A stretch of 64,000 bases of DNA from the human T2T-CHM13v2.0 reference genome, Homo sapiens, in assembly GCF_009914755.1 (NCBI RefSeq), contig NC_060928.1; one strand, written 5' to 3'. Every line of letters starts with the position of its first letter. Positions within the stretch are counted from its first letter, which is position 1. Shown here piece by piece: positions 41,295 through 56,059 of the stretch. Position numbers and translations under genes: made by a program. A model generated the notes under the pieces. It ran no database searches and had not been told where the DNA came from. It was given only the letters and a program-made list of their open reading frames with translations.

Positions 41295-43132
41295 TAGTTT
41301 TGTTTTGAATTTCAATACTCAAGTACTTCCCTGTTGAAAATGATGGAATGATGCCAGAAATAGAAAAGCTACATTTTCTACAATATTCTTTACTTAGAAT
41401 ATATTAGCATTTCTGATGCTAAAAGCATGGCAACGCCATGCTTTTGTTTAATCATCAAGACCAGACAGAACATTGAGGATAGCAAAAGAAAGAAACAAAC
41501 AACATGGACATGATCTTACATAAAACTGATGACAAGAAATCCCTCAAGTACTACAGAACATAGGTTAGTGTCACCAAAACACCAGACAGCAGCAGATCCA
41601 GTGTGGGGCCAGGAGAGATGAAGAATTGGTAGAAAAGAAAAAGGGGAGTACTGCTACTTCTCCAAGAAGAGTACTCAGAAATCAACAACAAGCATTCACG
41701 CCCAATAGGAGAAGAGCCTTTCCAGAACAGGAATGAAAGCAATCAAATCTGCACCTTACCAGTGGAATTAAAAGACCCTCTCACAGGCTCCAAGCTGAGG
41801 CCAATGCAAAGAGACCATAGGGAACCAGTAATGTAAACCATGCTAACGCAGAGTTACCCTGCATATATCTGAGAAACACTCCAAAGTACTACCTTCTGGA
41901 AAGACAGAGACTCATCCTCTCCCCTCCTCCCTCTACAAAAAAAGAATAAGAAATCTGCTGTGAATTCAATCTAAAATATAACACTGAGGAAGCCAGCAAG
42001 ACAAAAGCTTCCAAACCAGAGAAGGAGGTATCAGAGATAGATCTCAGAAAGTACAGAATGACAAACACATTCAAAGGTAACAATACTGCTTTGAAAGGAA
42101 AGACCTTTAGAACTCTAGACAACACAGAGTTAGAGCAGGAAGTTTTTGTGAACCAGGCAGAGCCCTAAGAGACAGAGAAGTGCCCCTATAAAAAGGCCAT
42201 TTTTTTAATACTTCACAGTAACAACAGAGAAGAGAGCCCTACACAAGAATCTTCCTCTAATAGTCCAAGAAAATTATCTCATTTATATATGAGATTGTTC
42301 ATATATGGAAAATAAAAGCAGTTTACAATAAAACCCCATGCTGAGACAAGGATAAAGATAAGAATTAATCAAATATAGTTCCAACACATAAAAATATACT
42401 ACAAAAGTGGCTATAAAGAAGATGAAAACTACAACATTAGATTTCAAAATGAGCTAAAACAATCTTAAAACTAATCAAAGCTTGAAAGAACCATACAAAT
42501 CAGAATTAGAACTGCTCAGAAATAAGATGACTAGAATGATATGAAACATCATTTTATGGAAAGAGAACTGAGAAAACTCAGGGATGAACTAGAAAAGAAA
42601 GAAACAGTATTTCAGAAATGAAGGGTATATTAGAAGAAATAAAAGGACAATAAGAGACCATGGAAGGCACAGTAAGAGAAACTGAGGTTAGAAGGGAGAA
42701 TGAAACTAATAAACCAGACACAAAGAAAAGAGAACAAAAAGAATTTGTCAATGATTTGGAACAATAAGTGAAGGAGATTCAACATAAAATTCCCAAAAGA
42801 AGGAAGCCCTCTGAGAAGAAAAAACAACTAATACATAAAACTATAATTCAAAGAAACCTTTTCAAAATAAAAGATTTGAATCTATGTATTAAAAGGACCA
42901 TCTGGGAAATCCAACTAAGAACCATCAACACTGAAACACTTTCTAATAAAATGGTTGTATTGTTAAAACAAGAAAAAAAATAGCATCCAAGCAAAGAATG
43001 AATCAGACTTTGAAGTATACACATTTTGTACCAGAAGACAATGAAGCAGTAGTTGTAAAGATGCTCAAGATAAGAAAATACAAGCCAAAGATTTTATATC
43101 CAACCAAACTATCCCTCAAGTATGAAGGTGGG

Positions 43133-44727
43133 TGCTATGATTTGAATTTGTCCCCCAAAGTTCATGTGTTGGAAACGTAATCGTCAATGCAACAATGTTG
43201 AACAGTAGGATGTTTGAGAGGTGATTAGGTCATGAGGGCAAAGCCGTCATGAATGCATTGATGCTATTATCACATATCGGGGGAACCAGCCCCCAATATT
43301 TCAATGTAGGTTATTTCTATTTTCCCTAAGTGTCAGCTGGTCTGAGAAATAAAGAGAAAAACCACAAAGAGAGGAATTTTACAGCTGGGCAGCCAGGGGT
43401 GACATCACGTATTGGTAGGTCTGTGATGTCCCCCAAGCCACAAAACCAGCAAGTTTTTATTAGGGATTTCAAAAGGGGAGGGTGTGTACGAACAGGGAGT
43501 AGGTCACAAAGATCACATGCTTCAAAGGGCAAAAAAGGAGAACAAAGTTCACATGCTTCTAAGGCCGATAAAGATCACAAGGCAAAGGGCAAAGCAAGAT
43601 CACAAGGCAAGGGCAAAACTAGAATTACTGATGAGGGTCTATGTTCAGCTGTGCATGTATTGTCTTGATAAACATCTTAAACAACAGAAAACAGGGTTCG
43701 AGAGCAGAGAACCAGTCTGACCTCAAATTCACCAGGGCAGGATTTTTTCCCCACCCTAATAAGCCTGAGGGTACTACAGGAGACCGGGGTGTATTTCAGT
43801 CCTTATCTCACCACATAAGACAGACAATCCCAGAGTGGCCATTTATAGACCTCCCCCCAGGAATGCAATTCTTTTCCTAGGGTCTTAATATTTAATATTC
43901 CTTGCTAGGAGAAGAATTCAGCGATATCTCTCCTACTTACATGTCCGTGTATAGGCTCTCTGCAAGAAGAAAAATATGACTATATTCTGCCCAACCCTGC
44001 AGGCAGTCAGACCTTTGGTTGTCTTCCCTTGTTCCCTGAAAATTGCTGTTATTCTGTTCTTTTTCAAGGTGCACTGATTTCATATTGTTCAAACACACAT
44101 ACTTTACAATCAATTTGTACAATAGTGGTCCTGAGGTGACGTACATTCTCAGCTTACAAAGATAACAGGATTAAGAGATTAAAGTAAAGACAGGCATAAG
44201 AAATTATAAGAGTATTATTTGGGAACTAATAAATCTCCATGAAGTCGTCACAATTAATGTTCAGAGATTGCAGTAAGGACAGGTGTAAGCAAATATAAAA
44301 GTATTAATTTGGGGAACTGATAAATGTCCATGAAATCTTCACAATTTATGTTCAGAGATTGCAGTAAAGACGGGGTAAGAAATTATGAAAGTATTAATGT
44401 GGGGAGCTGATAAATGTCCGTGAAATCTTCACAATTTATGTTCCTCTGCTGGGGTTCCAGCCAGTCCCTCTGTTCAGGGTCCCTGACTTCCTGCAACAAT
44501 CACAGGAGTGGGTTATTGTGGGAGCAAGCTTCTAATAAAAGAATGAGTTTGGCTCCCTTCCCTCTTTCTGTCACCCCCATAGGATGATGCAGCAAGAAGG
44601 GCCTCATTGGATGCAGCCCCTCAATCTTGGACTTCCCAGTCTCCAGAACCATGAGCCAAATAAATTTGTTTATTAAAAATTATAGTCTGTGATATTCTGT
44701 TATAGCCGCACAAAACAGACTAAGACA
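43133..44727 (+). mobile_element. MST-family MaLR solo LTR split by MER11
   Basis: tgctatgatttgaatttgtccccc...; resumes at 44505 to ...ttggacttcccagtctccagaacc...cagactaagaca. Confidence 0.85.
43275..44498 (-). mobile_element. MER11 solo LTR (HERV-K/HML-8)
   Basis: Minus strand starts TGTTGCAGGAAGTCAGGGACCC, ends GGGGGCTGGTTCCCCCGATA; perfect 6-bp TSD ATCACA (43269-43274, 44499-44504); three ~90-bp internal repeats at about 44180-44443. Confidence 0.92.
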
Positions 44728-45919
44728 CAAGGCCATCAAAAAGCAGTTATAAATATTCAAGAACTCTGGGATTATTTTTACCAAAAGCCTTTCTGAGCAA
44801 TCTGCTGGAGAAGGAGCATTAGAAAACCAAGAGCTGCTTGAAGAAGCTTGTTGCAGGCTCTGGTAGAAATTGGCTACAGGATGGAGGAATATACAAATTA
44901 TATATAATCTGACAATGTAGAAATAATACAAGTAACAAGTGGGGAAAGTGAGTGGAAAGCAGAATACGTTTGCTGATTGTCGCATAGGCATTAACCAGGA
45001 GTAAAACAGTATCATCTATGTTTAGACACTGGGGAGGATGGAAGAAAAGCAGTAATAGTTATAGCCAACTTTAGTATTGCTTAGAGAAAGGTAGAGTTAG
45101 GCATTAATTTAAAAAGAGAAGCTTCAGCTATTATAAATAATATTAGTGTAAAGGCAAGAAGTGGAACAAAAACACAAACCATATTAAATACTAAAGATTG
45201 GAAAGAGAAAACAGGCCATATGGGAAAAGACCTTCTAGATAACAGTAAATTATGTAATAAATCAGTATGTCAGAGCTGAGATCAAACATATAAATCCACA
45301 GAAAGAAAAAGATTCAGATTGACTAAAAAGGCAACTCTCTCTGCTGTATATGAGACATACCTAAGTCAAAATGATAAAGAAACATTAAAAATTAAAGAAT
45401 ATGCATAAATATGCCAGGCAAATTTAAGTAATAAGAAAGAAGGGTTTGAGATCTTGATAGGAAGCAAGGTAGAATACAGAGAGAAAAAAAGTCAAAAAGT
45501 TAAAAGAGACTGAGAAAGACATTATAATATCAAAGACTGCAATTCATTGAAAACAACTTACATAAGGCAGAAACTGCTAAAAATCTAAGGAGAAACAGAA
45601 AGAAACATGCTAATAATAGAACCTTAACACACCTCTCTTGATCCAAGAATGAATAAGTGGACCAAAATGAATAAGGATGTATAGAACCTAAACCATGTCA
45701 TCAATAATGTAGATCTAATATACCTATCTAACTCTAAAGCATTTTTGGAATTTACTTTCCTTTCAAATGCACAAATTTAAAAGTATGTTAATGTTATAAA
45801 CAAATAAGATTTTTGAACACATATCAAAAGATATCTAAGCCTAAAATTAAAGAAACAAATACCCTACAATCTTAAACTTGAATTAGAAATTTCAACATCA
45901 GCTACTTTCGGAAAATAGC

Positions 45920-47150
45920 CACATTCTAGCTTTGTCCACTGAAAAAGTCTAGAAATAACTTCAATCCAATCAGTGAGCACACCTAGCTCTCAATTGTGGT
46001 CTCTAAATAGAATTGTTCACAAATAGAACTAAAGATTCATGAAGAAATAGCTGATTCTAGTTGTGGGGCAGGAAAGGTAGACGGTGGGCTGAGATAGTTT
46101 GTTACTCTAGAAAGTAGAAAGGGAAGAAAGCTTTCAAAGGCTGGTGGAGGTCATGTCAAAAGGACATGGGAGTCAGCTAGAAGGGGATCCCACTTGCCAT
46201 AGATGAGACAACATGAACAATAAAAAAGTGACCCCATTAATTAAAACAAATTGAATATACAAAATGTTGTAAATTTAAAATGATATTTTTTAAAAGGGAG
46301 TTAGGAGAGAAAGAAAAATAAAATAAAAGTCACTGGGCACCAATGGCAGTTGCTTGGGCACCAAATCATGACTCTAGAAATTGAGATTTAAAGGGAAACA
46401 AGCATTTGTCTGGCTTTTCTGGTATAATGTGCATTTCAGGATGTCCAAAGAGCTCTGTAGTTGAGGGATTTTATACAGATGCTCAGATAATAAATTCAAA
46501 AGGAAAGAATTTTCTAAATCAACATTTTGCAATTCCTGATGCAATAACTGATTAAAGAAATGGTCCTCATTAGATAATAAAACCTTAGATGAAGTATTGA
46601 TGATAAACTTCACAATAAAATTATCAAGCTACCATCACCTAAACCCACTGATCAATTTTAGCATCACTGAATCATACACATTCTGGTATGATATGATGCA
46701 ACGTGAAAGCATTTTAGACAAGCCAGGAAATCAAGAACCATGCCTGAAATATTCTTTTTATAAAACCAAAAGAACAGCTAACTGAATTTAATCAAGTCTT
46801 TAACTTCAGTCTATAAGAAATTCAGAAGTTGAGGGAAACTTGAATAGCACCTCAAGCCAAATCTAGAATGTAGGAATCTAATTTAGTCAATAAGTCCGTG
46901 GCAGAGAGAAAAGAGGAGATAGGAGGAACTGTTCTAGATTACAAGATACAAGGCTGAAGTACAATAAAATGAAACCTGTTTAAATCATAAATATTATATA
47001 TGCTATGATTTCATATAATCATATATTCTACTAGTTCAGTTAATCATGGAATAAGTGAAAAGAGATATTTTAGATAACCAGAGGAATGTAAATATGGAGC
47101 AGATACTGGATGATAGTAAGTATTAAGTAGTTATTGTAAATTTGTGGATA
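45920..47150 (+). mobile_element. L1MC-like 3'UTR remnant
   Basis: tagctttgtccactgaaaaagtctagaaataa...gaagaaatagctgattctag...catgtcaaaaggacatgggagtcagc. Confidence 0.65.
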
Positions 47151-47980
47151 CGTAAGAAAATGGTTTTTTCTCTCTTCCTCTCTTTGCCTACCACTTTCAC
47201 GCTTTCTCTCTCCCTCTGACTCCGTCTTTTTCACTTTGAAAAGCTTGCTAAAGTATTAGGAGTGAAAGGACATGCTGCATGGTATTGACTTCGAAACGCT
47301 CCAGTAAAACAGAGAGAGATTGGGAAATGTATAGATGAGGAAGTACGTAAAATAATGATGGTGTTCAAAGCTCAATGATTGGCTCATAAAAATGTTCATA
47401 ATAAATGTATTTTTTAAATGAAATGCCTTTGAAGGTATGTGGGAACATAATAACTATAAGAAAGACAAAGTATACACATGCTTTTTGGTGATATTGTAGG
47501 TAGTTAGGTATCAGTATTTTTATTGTACTTATGCCCTACAGCTAAAATAATTATATTGAAATACATCACCATATCCTGTCATGTTGAAATGGCATAGTGC
47601 CACAGTAACAAAAAATTTCATTCAAAGTTTATATTTAGGATATGTATTTGTTCTATCTTAGAACTGTTGTGAAAAAACATGAGACAAGATGCTGTATAAT
47701 AGACGAGCAGATGGCACCTTTCTGTCTACCTCTCTTCCTCTTTCTCTCTCTCTCTCCCCCATTTCTCAGTGTTGGAGCACTGATTATTAGTTACCTAGAG
47801 TACTTTCCTCTTTCTCACCAATAAATAAAATAACTTTTGAAATTATACAATTAGTAAAATTTATGGACTAATTCATATTTTCAAAATGCTTACTGTAATT
47901 AGTTTAATTCTGAAAACGTGTATGAAACATATGACCCAATTATTCATCATTTAACTAGATAGCAGTAGAGGCCACACTGG

Positions 47981-49564
47981 TGTCATGGGATCCTTGGGGT
48001 GTTGTTTTGCCAGCCAGAAGCCTCTGTGGTATCTTTGGTAGAGTTTTTACTCGGGCCCCCTGGGCTCATTCCACCCACTCAGCCTGGCAGTCTGCACTCG
48101 GTTCATCCTACCAGCCTGAATCCCATGCCTGTCAAGGGCGAGCCAAGTGCAGACTGGTGAGGGGTGTGTGAGTGAGTACAGGGTCTGGCCACTGTGTAAA
48201 GCCAGGCATGCCGGCTGCAGCAGGGCAGGCAGCTCCAGGCACCGGCACGGACACTGGCTCCCTGCAAGGCTGCAGCTGCACCAGGCATACCACGACCAGC
48301 TTCTACTGTGGGCACCAGGGAACACAGTGATGCTCAGAAGCCTGGAGACACCAGGAACCACAGAGCTCCAAAGAGGGTGTCACAGCCCTGGCTTGGGGAG
48401 CTCCTATGTCTGGGATCCCCAAAGGACTGCAGCTCTTCCCTCTCTTCTCTCCTTCTGGTTGCCCCCACGTGGCAAGCAGGGGATGGGTGTGTGTTTCAAC
48501 CATTTGTGTTACAGCTCTTTTAGTCCCATCTTTTGGCAGGTCTTGAGTTTTTGTCCTGCATCCAGGAAGAATGAGGTGTGTGGACAACTGCAGGGTGAGC
48601 AAGGTGAAGAGCTGCTTTATTGAGCAACTGTACAGCTCTCAGGACACCCAAAGTGAGTAGCTCCTATCTGCAGGCAGGTCATCCCACTGAGTTTGCAGCA
48701 TTTAGTGGAGAGGAGACCCAGAGTGGGCAGCTTCTATCTGCAGGCAGGTCGTCCCATCAAGTTGAGGAGACCAGAATTGGGTAGCTCCTTCCCACAGCTG
48801 GTAGTCCCCACATCTGTCTGAGTCTGGCTGAGTCCAGGGGTTTTTATGGACGTCAGAAGAAGTGCATGCTGATTGGTCCATGGGAGGCCATGGGTGGGCC
48901 CAGAAATGGCACTAAATGGCACCATAAGTTCTCATTCTGGTCCGCTGAACTGACAGCCTGGCCACCAGGCTTCAGGGAGTCCCTGGTTTGAAGGTGGGGC
49001 TTCACCAGGGACCTGTCCCTTTCTACCCAGGAGCCTGTCCCCTGCCGTCATCCACAGTGCCCAGGCTGTTTGTTCTGAGGGATGCCTGCAGGTACAAGCT
49101 GAGCCATCCTCAGCCCCTTGCCTCAGCCCCCCTTCCATGCTCATCGGCGAGGGGGCTAAGGGAGGAGGAGCCTGGCATGTCAGTGCCATCCGGAGCACAC
49201 ACACACCCAGCCAGGTCACAGCCACCCAGGCTCAGCCTCAACTTTGCTTCGAAATCTGAGTGGGCAACAGGATCGGGGAGAAGCCAGACAGCAGGAGTAG
49301 GCACTTCGGAGCCTGCAGGGTTGGGGCGGAGGTGGCTTCCCAGGCCCCTAAGAGTGCAGGGATGCACAGGTCCACAGCTACAACTGGGTTGCTGCAGCTG
49401 CGCCAGGGAGGTCGGAGCTCCGCCCGCTTAACTCGGAAGGGGGCGGAGCTCCAACCTGTTCCTGGCTCCCACCAGCTCCCTGGAGTGCCCACCACCTGCC
49501 ACACCTCCCCCGCTGTAGCTAGCTCCTTGACAGCCACTGCTCCAAGTGGACACCTCTGCCATCA
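47981..49564 (-). mobile_element. MER52-family solo LTR (ERV1), 1584 bp, GC-rich
   Basis: TG...CA ends (minus starts TGATGGCAGAGGTG, ends GGATCCCATGACA); 4-bp TSD CTGG (47977-47980, 49565-49568). Confidence 0.88.
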
Positions 49565-50869
49565 CTGGTATTTAAAAAGGAGAGAGAAAATTAAAAAGAA
49601 TTGCTACTGAACCAGGTTGAGGAGATCCTATTCACCACAACCAAAATTACTATGTAGCAATCTAAGTTAGTCATTAAAAGATCAAAATAATCAGTCATTT
49701 TCTGGTATAAAAAATTCTATTTAGAAGAAGTTAAGTAGCTAAAGCTCATAAAATAGATTTTTAAATTATAAAATTATTTAAAACTCTAAGACATAGAAGT
49801 CACATAACTGCAAGATTTAAGCATGTGTCTAAGGCAGGGCTTCTGAAATTCACATAAGTATATCCCTGCAGGGGTACTCAGCTGCATGCCCAGAAGTACA
49901 GTACGTGGGCCACAGGAAACCACAGCATTTCTTTCCAGAACATCAACTGTACTTAAAATTTAGTAGGCAAAAAACATCATATGAAAGTAACATTGACACA
50001 AAATAGATCAGTTACAGAATAGAATGCACACTTTATAACATTTTTAAAATAGAAAGAATACTTCAGGAAAATGTTGTACTTCAATCTAAGATTGCTGACT
50101 CCCCAGACACCTGTCCACCTTTTCTGATTTCAGCCTGGTCCACACAGAAAGTTTGAGAGACAGCAGCCTAAAGAAAAGGCTGGATGCATGAAACTGACTC
50201 TCCTCTTTGAAAACCTAGAAACATTCTTTTACAGCCTTCACGATGATAAGGTCCCCAGGACTGATTGTCACCAACTAAAATGCACAGGAGGCTGAGATCA
50301 ACACCAAAATATCCACTATTTATAGACAATGAAAACTAATACAAGTGTCACAATGCTCAGAAATCCAGGTGTGAGTAAAATCAGTGCATTTGGTCTCAGA
50401 AAGCTATGTAGACATCAAATGTTCATTGGAAACCTCTTTATTGATTTTGCATGAGAAATTACTGTCAAACAGAATAGAAAAACATGAAATCCATATCATC
50501 AGCACATTCTCTCCATGTAAGCAGATTACACAGGAGTCAAAAAGTTGTTTGATGAACATGGAATCAGAACACAGACGAAGAGGCTGTTTCACATTATCAG
50601 GGAGGCCAGTGGGTTTGTTTGCCAGAAAGAACAACACTCTGGGTCTATTGATGGAAGCATCATACCTTCAGCTCCATCCTATGGACAGCCCTTCCATTGA
50701 AGCTAGGAATATTTGAGTCAGTGGTTATCCTGAGTAGCATTTGAGAGGCACTGCCAAAATTTACTTCTCAGTCACCTTTTTCTGTCTTTCCATAACTGAA
50801 CAACTCCTCACATTCTTTCTCTTGTCTATGCCAGGATACTGAGTGGATCATTGTGGAGTTTTGCTGTCT

Positions 50870-51730
<861 letters not shown>

Positions 51731-52259
51731 TAATCACAAAGGAAGAAAAGTGAGCACGTTAGACACTAGTTGAGCTCTAATGAGGATGAGCTGCTTCCAT
51801 CATTTTGAGCAATAGACATCTCACTCACAGGATACTAAGTAAATCCTAGAGCTCTTGAAACCCTCCTAATTGTGCACAATGACTTCTAAAGAGACCCCGT
51901 CTCCACAGCCACAATATGGCAGACTGCAACAGAGTTGAAATGCGTTGTTCTTCAGTAGTCTCAGCCTGTGCACCCCAAGAAAAAGAAAATCCACAATTCA
52001 TCCCCTTATGTTAGTAGGTTACCCAATTTCAGTGCGTAAAATGAGCAAATAAAATTCCATATTGAAATAACTTCTAAGTTAACATTTGAGATATTTAGCA
52101 CAATGCTAAATATTCATTGGCTTTCCTCATTCTTTAATTCTACAAACATATATTGAGCTCATTCTGCCACAAATAAGGCACAATATGCAATGTTGTGGCA
52201 AACACAACGATAAACAGAAAATGATCACTGTTCTCAGCTCCTCACAGATTAGCACACAT

Positions 52260-52485
52260 CCTCAGTTCTATTGAATTCCCAGGCATCTCTGTTTAAATTT
52301 CAGCTCCAACATTTACTGGATGAATACGTTAGAATCAGGCAAGTCACTTTAATGTCTCTCCTCAGCAGTAAAATGAGGATAGTAGTCCCTGTATTATAGA
52401 GTTTGTTGAGGATTAACTGTAAATAATTCCTGCAAAGCTCTTACCTCAATGTCTGGTACATGACGAGTAATCAACGTAAGTCACC
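52260..52485 (+). mobile_element. MIR SINE
   Basis: tttaaatttcagctcc...ggcaagtcactttaatgtctct...gtaaaatgaggatagtagt...gttgaggattaa. Confidence 0.75.
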
Positions 52486-53838
52486 TGTTAGTTTTGGCAG
52501 TGATTTTGGTACTAATAGTGGGTGTTGGTAGTACAAATATTTGCACATCCAAATTAATGGTTAACAGTAACTGGAGTGTTGGGGTTTTTTAATGGCCCCT
52601 GGCCATATCAAAGCCAAATGAATGCAGAATTACCCAAAGATTCACGTGTGCCAAAATTATTGATAATGGAAACTTAAAGTACCCCATATCTAAAAGAGAA
52701 ATACATTGAATTCCCTTCCATGCCAAAGTAAAAGTGACCAAATATTCTCTCTTTAAGAAAATTGTTCTTTCCTTCCCTAAAGGTCCAATTTACCAGAAAA
52801 TATTCTGGATAGAAGTTGCAAGTTACATAAAATAAGAAAACTGAATATGGAAAAATAAATTGTTTTCAATATAATCAGGCTTCATTGTGACATTCTGAGT
52901 AGAGTTCAAGCTCATATCTAGCGTATACCTTAGTGAAACTGAGTAGAGCAATGCAAGAGCCTCCTACTTTTCAAATACTATTTCCTCTTCCTGGTCCTGT
53001 CTCCCCAAGTGAACTATAAAATTGCTTATGGAATTTAAAAGCAGATTGGTTTTATATCTTCCAGCTCATTCAAATATTCACCTGGCTTTAGGAGCCCTTT
53101 GAGTTACCCTGCTTGGTTCTTAAACACTGGTTGACACCTACCACTGGAAAGCTTGGCTGTTAACTACTTGAACTACACTTTGAAAAACCAATCTTGGTTA
53201 GTTTCTCAAGAAGACAGCATGCATTGAAAGGGACAATCTCAGATGAAGCAGGAATAGAGGGGTAAAATAAAAACAAGAATGCTTACCACTTTCTAATGTC
53301 CTCCCCGCAATTTGAAGTAATCCCTGTCCTTTTGGGAATTTCCAGTTGTTATCTCTCCTAAGACAATTATGCACCATCGTGGAAAAACAGATAATGCTAT
53401 ATGTCTTTGTAGCTTTTCTCCTTGTGCATAAAATGAGGGTGAAACACCTCATCGGTGTGAGATAGAGTCAGCTCTAAATATACTGAGAAAATTGTGTTTA
53501 CACAGAGGCCGTATTGACTACATCTCCACTTCTTTCACCTCACAGAAAAGGAATTAGGTCCTGCCTTATGTGATCTGCTAGTCCCCATCAGACTCTACAA
53601 CTTGGTTTCTTCTCTTGCACAGATTTACACAAAGCAAAAGCAACTGTCCCAATCACTACCAAATAGGCACTGTATGATACTTTTGTATTATATATAGACC
53701 TAACTTTAAATTTGCCATTTTAATCAGTGGCATACCAGTACAGTGACATTAGCATGCATTCACATTGTTGTGCAACCAGCACCACTATCCATCACCAGAA
53801 TTTTTTTTATCATCACAGCCTGAAACTCTAGAGCCATC

Positions 53839-54250
53839 TTTATTAGTCACCTCTGGCTGCTATAACACAGTGCCACATAGTAGGTGGCTCGTAAACAACA
53901 TACATTTATTGTGTCACTGCTCCTGGAGGCTGGAATTCTGAGATCAGGATGCTAGCATGGTCAGGTCAGGTTCTCGCGAGGGCTGTCTTCCCACCTTGGA
54001 GATAGCCACCTCCTCTCTGTGTGTTCATATGGTTGTGCATATGCTGGGTTTGGCGGGCGAGGGGAAAAGACCCCTCTTCCTTCCTCTTGTTGTTAAGCCA
54101 GTTTTATCAGATTAGGACTCCATCCTTATGACCTCATTTAGCTTAATTACCTCCTAAAAGCCGTATCTTCAAATACACTTACATTGACGGTTAGGGCTTC
54201 AACATATAAACTGGCAGGGGGAAGAGAGGGGCACAATTCAGTCCATTACA
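53839..54250 (-). mobile_element. MLT1A/B-like MaLR solo LTR inside L1MB
   Basis: ggctgctataaca...ctggaggctggaattctgagatcagg...cacaattcagtccattaca; TSD ccatc/ccatt. Confidence 0.85.
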
Positions 54251-55189
54251 CCATTAAACAATAACTTCCTATTCACTCTCCCCCAATTCCTAGTAACTTC
54301 CATTCTACTTTTGTTTCTATCAATTTGACTGTTTCAGGTACCTCACATAAGTAGAATCACACAATATATTTCCTTTAGAGACTGGCTTATTTCGCTTAGC
54401 ATAATGTCTTCATACAACATCCATGTCGTTGTATGTATCAGAACTTGGTTTCTTTTTAAGGCTGAATAATACTCCATTGAATGTATATACCACATTTTCT
54501 TTATGCATCCATCTGTCAATGGACCCTTGGGTTGTTTCCACCTTTAGGCTATGCTTAATAATGCTGCTGTGTACATAGGCATATAAATATCTGTTCAAGC
54601 CCTTGCTATCAATTCTTTTGGGTATACACCTAGTAGTGGAATTGCTGCATCATATGGTAATTCTGGGTTTAACTTTTTTGAGGAAACGTTAAACTTTTCT
54701 TCCATAGCAGCTACCCCATTTGGCATTCCTACCAACAGTGCACGAGGGTTCCAATTTCTCCACATACTTGCCAACACTTGTAGTTTTCCACTGTTGCTGG
54801 GTTTTTTTAACAGCCATCCTAATGAATGTGAAGTGATATGTCACTGTGGTGTTAATTTGCATTTCCCTAATGACTAATGATGTTAAACACCTTTTCATGT
54901 ATTTATTGAACATTTGTATTTCTTCTTTGGAGAGATGTCTAAAACATCTTTTGCCTGTTTCTATTGGTCTATATGTCTGTCTTTATGCAAGTACCATACT
55001 GCTTTAATTACTGTAGCACTATAGTAAGCTTAGAAATCATGAAGTGTGAACCTTTCGACTTTGTTCTTCCTTTTCAAGATTGTTTTGGCTATTTTGGGTC
55101 CCTTGAGATTCCATAGGAATTTAAGGATAAATTTTTATATTTCTTAAAAAAACATTGAGATATTGATAGGACTTGCATTAAATCTATAG

Positions 55190-55510
<321 letters not shown>

Positions 55511-56059
55511 AAACATCTTAACAATATTAAGTCTTTTGATCCAAGAACACAGACATCTTTCCATCTACTTATGCCTTCTTCAATTTCTTTCTGCATGAAT
55601 AATATTTTAGCCAAATGTTTCCACAAGCTCACTGCCCTTCTGCCCAGGCAGATCCCAAATGCAGCTCAGCAGGCTTCCCAGGTTCCTCAGAGCCCTCCCT
55701 CTGCTCTCTCCATGACTCAATCACCACGGGACATCTCACACCAGAATAAAGCCAAGGAGCTAAACTAGAGGGAGGAACTGTGCCCTTAACGTGATTTTTG
55801 GCTTTATTGTCCCTGGCTAAGCTTCTTTGTTTATTTGTGTGAGTCAGCTTCACATTTCCTCTAGAATTGAGACTGCTATCAAAACAGGCCCTGACATGTT
55901 AGCCAGCAGCCAGTCTATACATAAGACAATGGTCCTCATGACTGAAAGTCAGAAGAGATGCTGAAGTCTACAATTAGTGTGGGGCTTTCACAAGCTCTTG
56001 AGGCCCCAAGACAAGGGGTTGGAATCCCAGGTTTACTACTGACTCACTATAAATTACCT

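Larger units (their letters stand above)
42300..45800 (+). mobile_element. Old L1M ORF1 and ORF2 endonuclease remnant, interrupted at 43133-44727
   Basis: KILYPTKLSLKYEG (ORF1 C-terminal motif) near 43090-43128; endonuclease-like tctgctgtatatgagacatacc...aaaattaaagaatatgcataaatatgccaggcaaat at 45340-45425. Confidence 0.7.

Noticed and set aside
44180-44443. Three ~90-bp direct repeats as a CRISPR-like or novel array
   Set aside because: No unique spacers, eukaryotic context; internal repeats of the MER11 LTR
47980-49610. Cluster of 60-158 aa ORFs
   Set aside because: All lie within the GC-rich MER52 LTR where stop codons are rare
49830-50170. Possible hAT-type DNA transposon (cagggcttctgaaatt ... 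aaagtttgagagacagc)
   Set aside because: Termini too degenerate and no convincing 8-bp TSD, so not called
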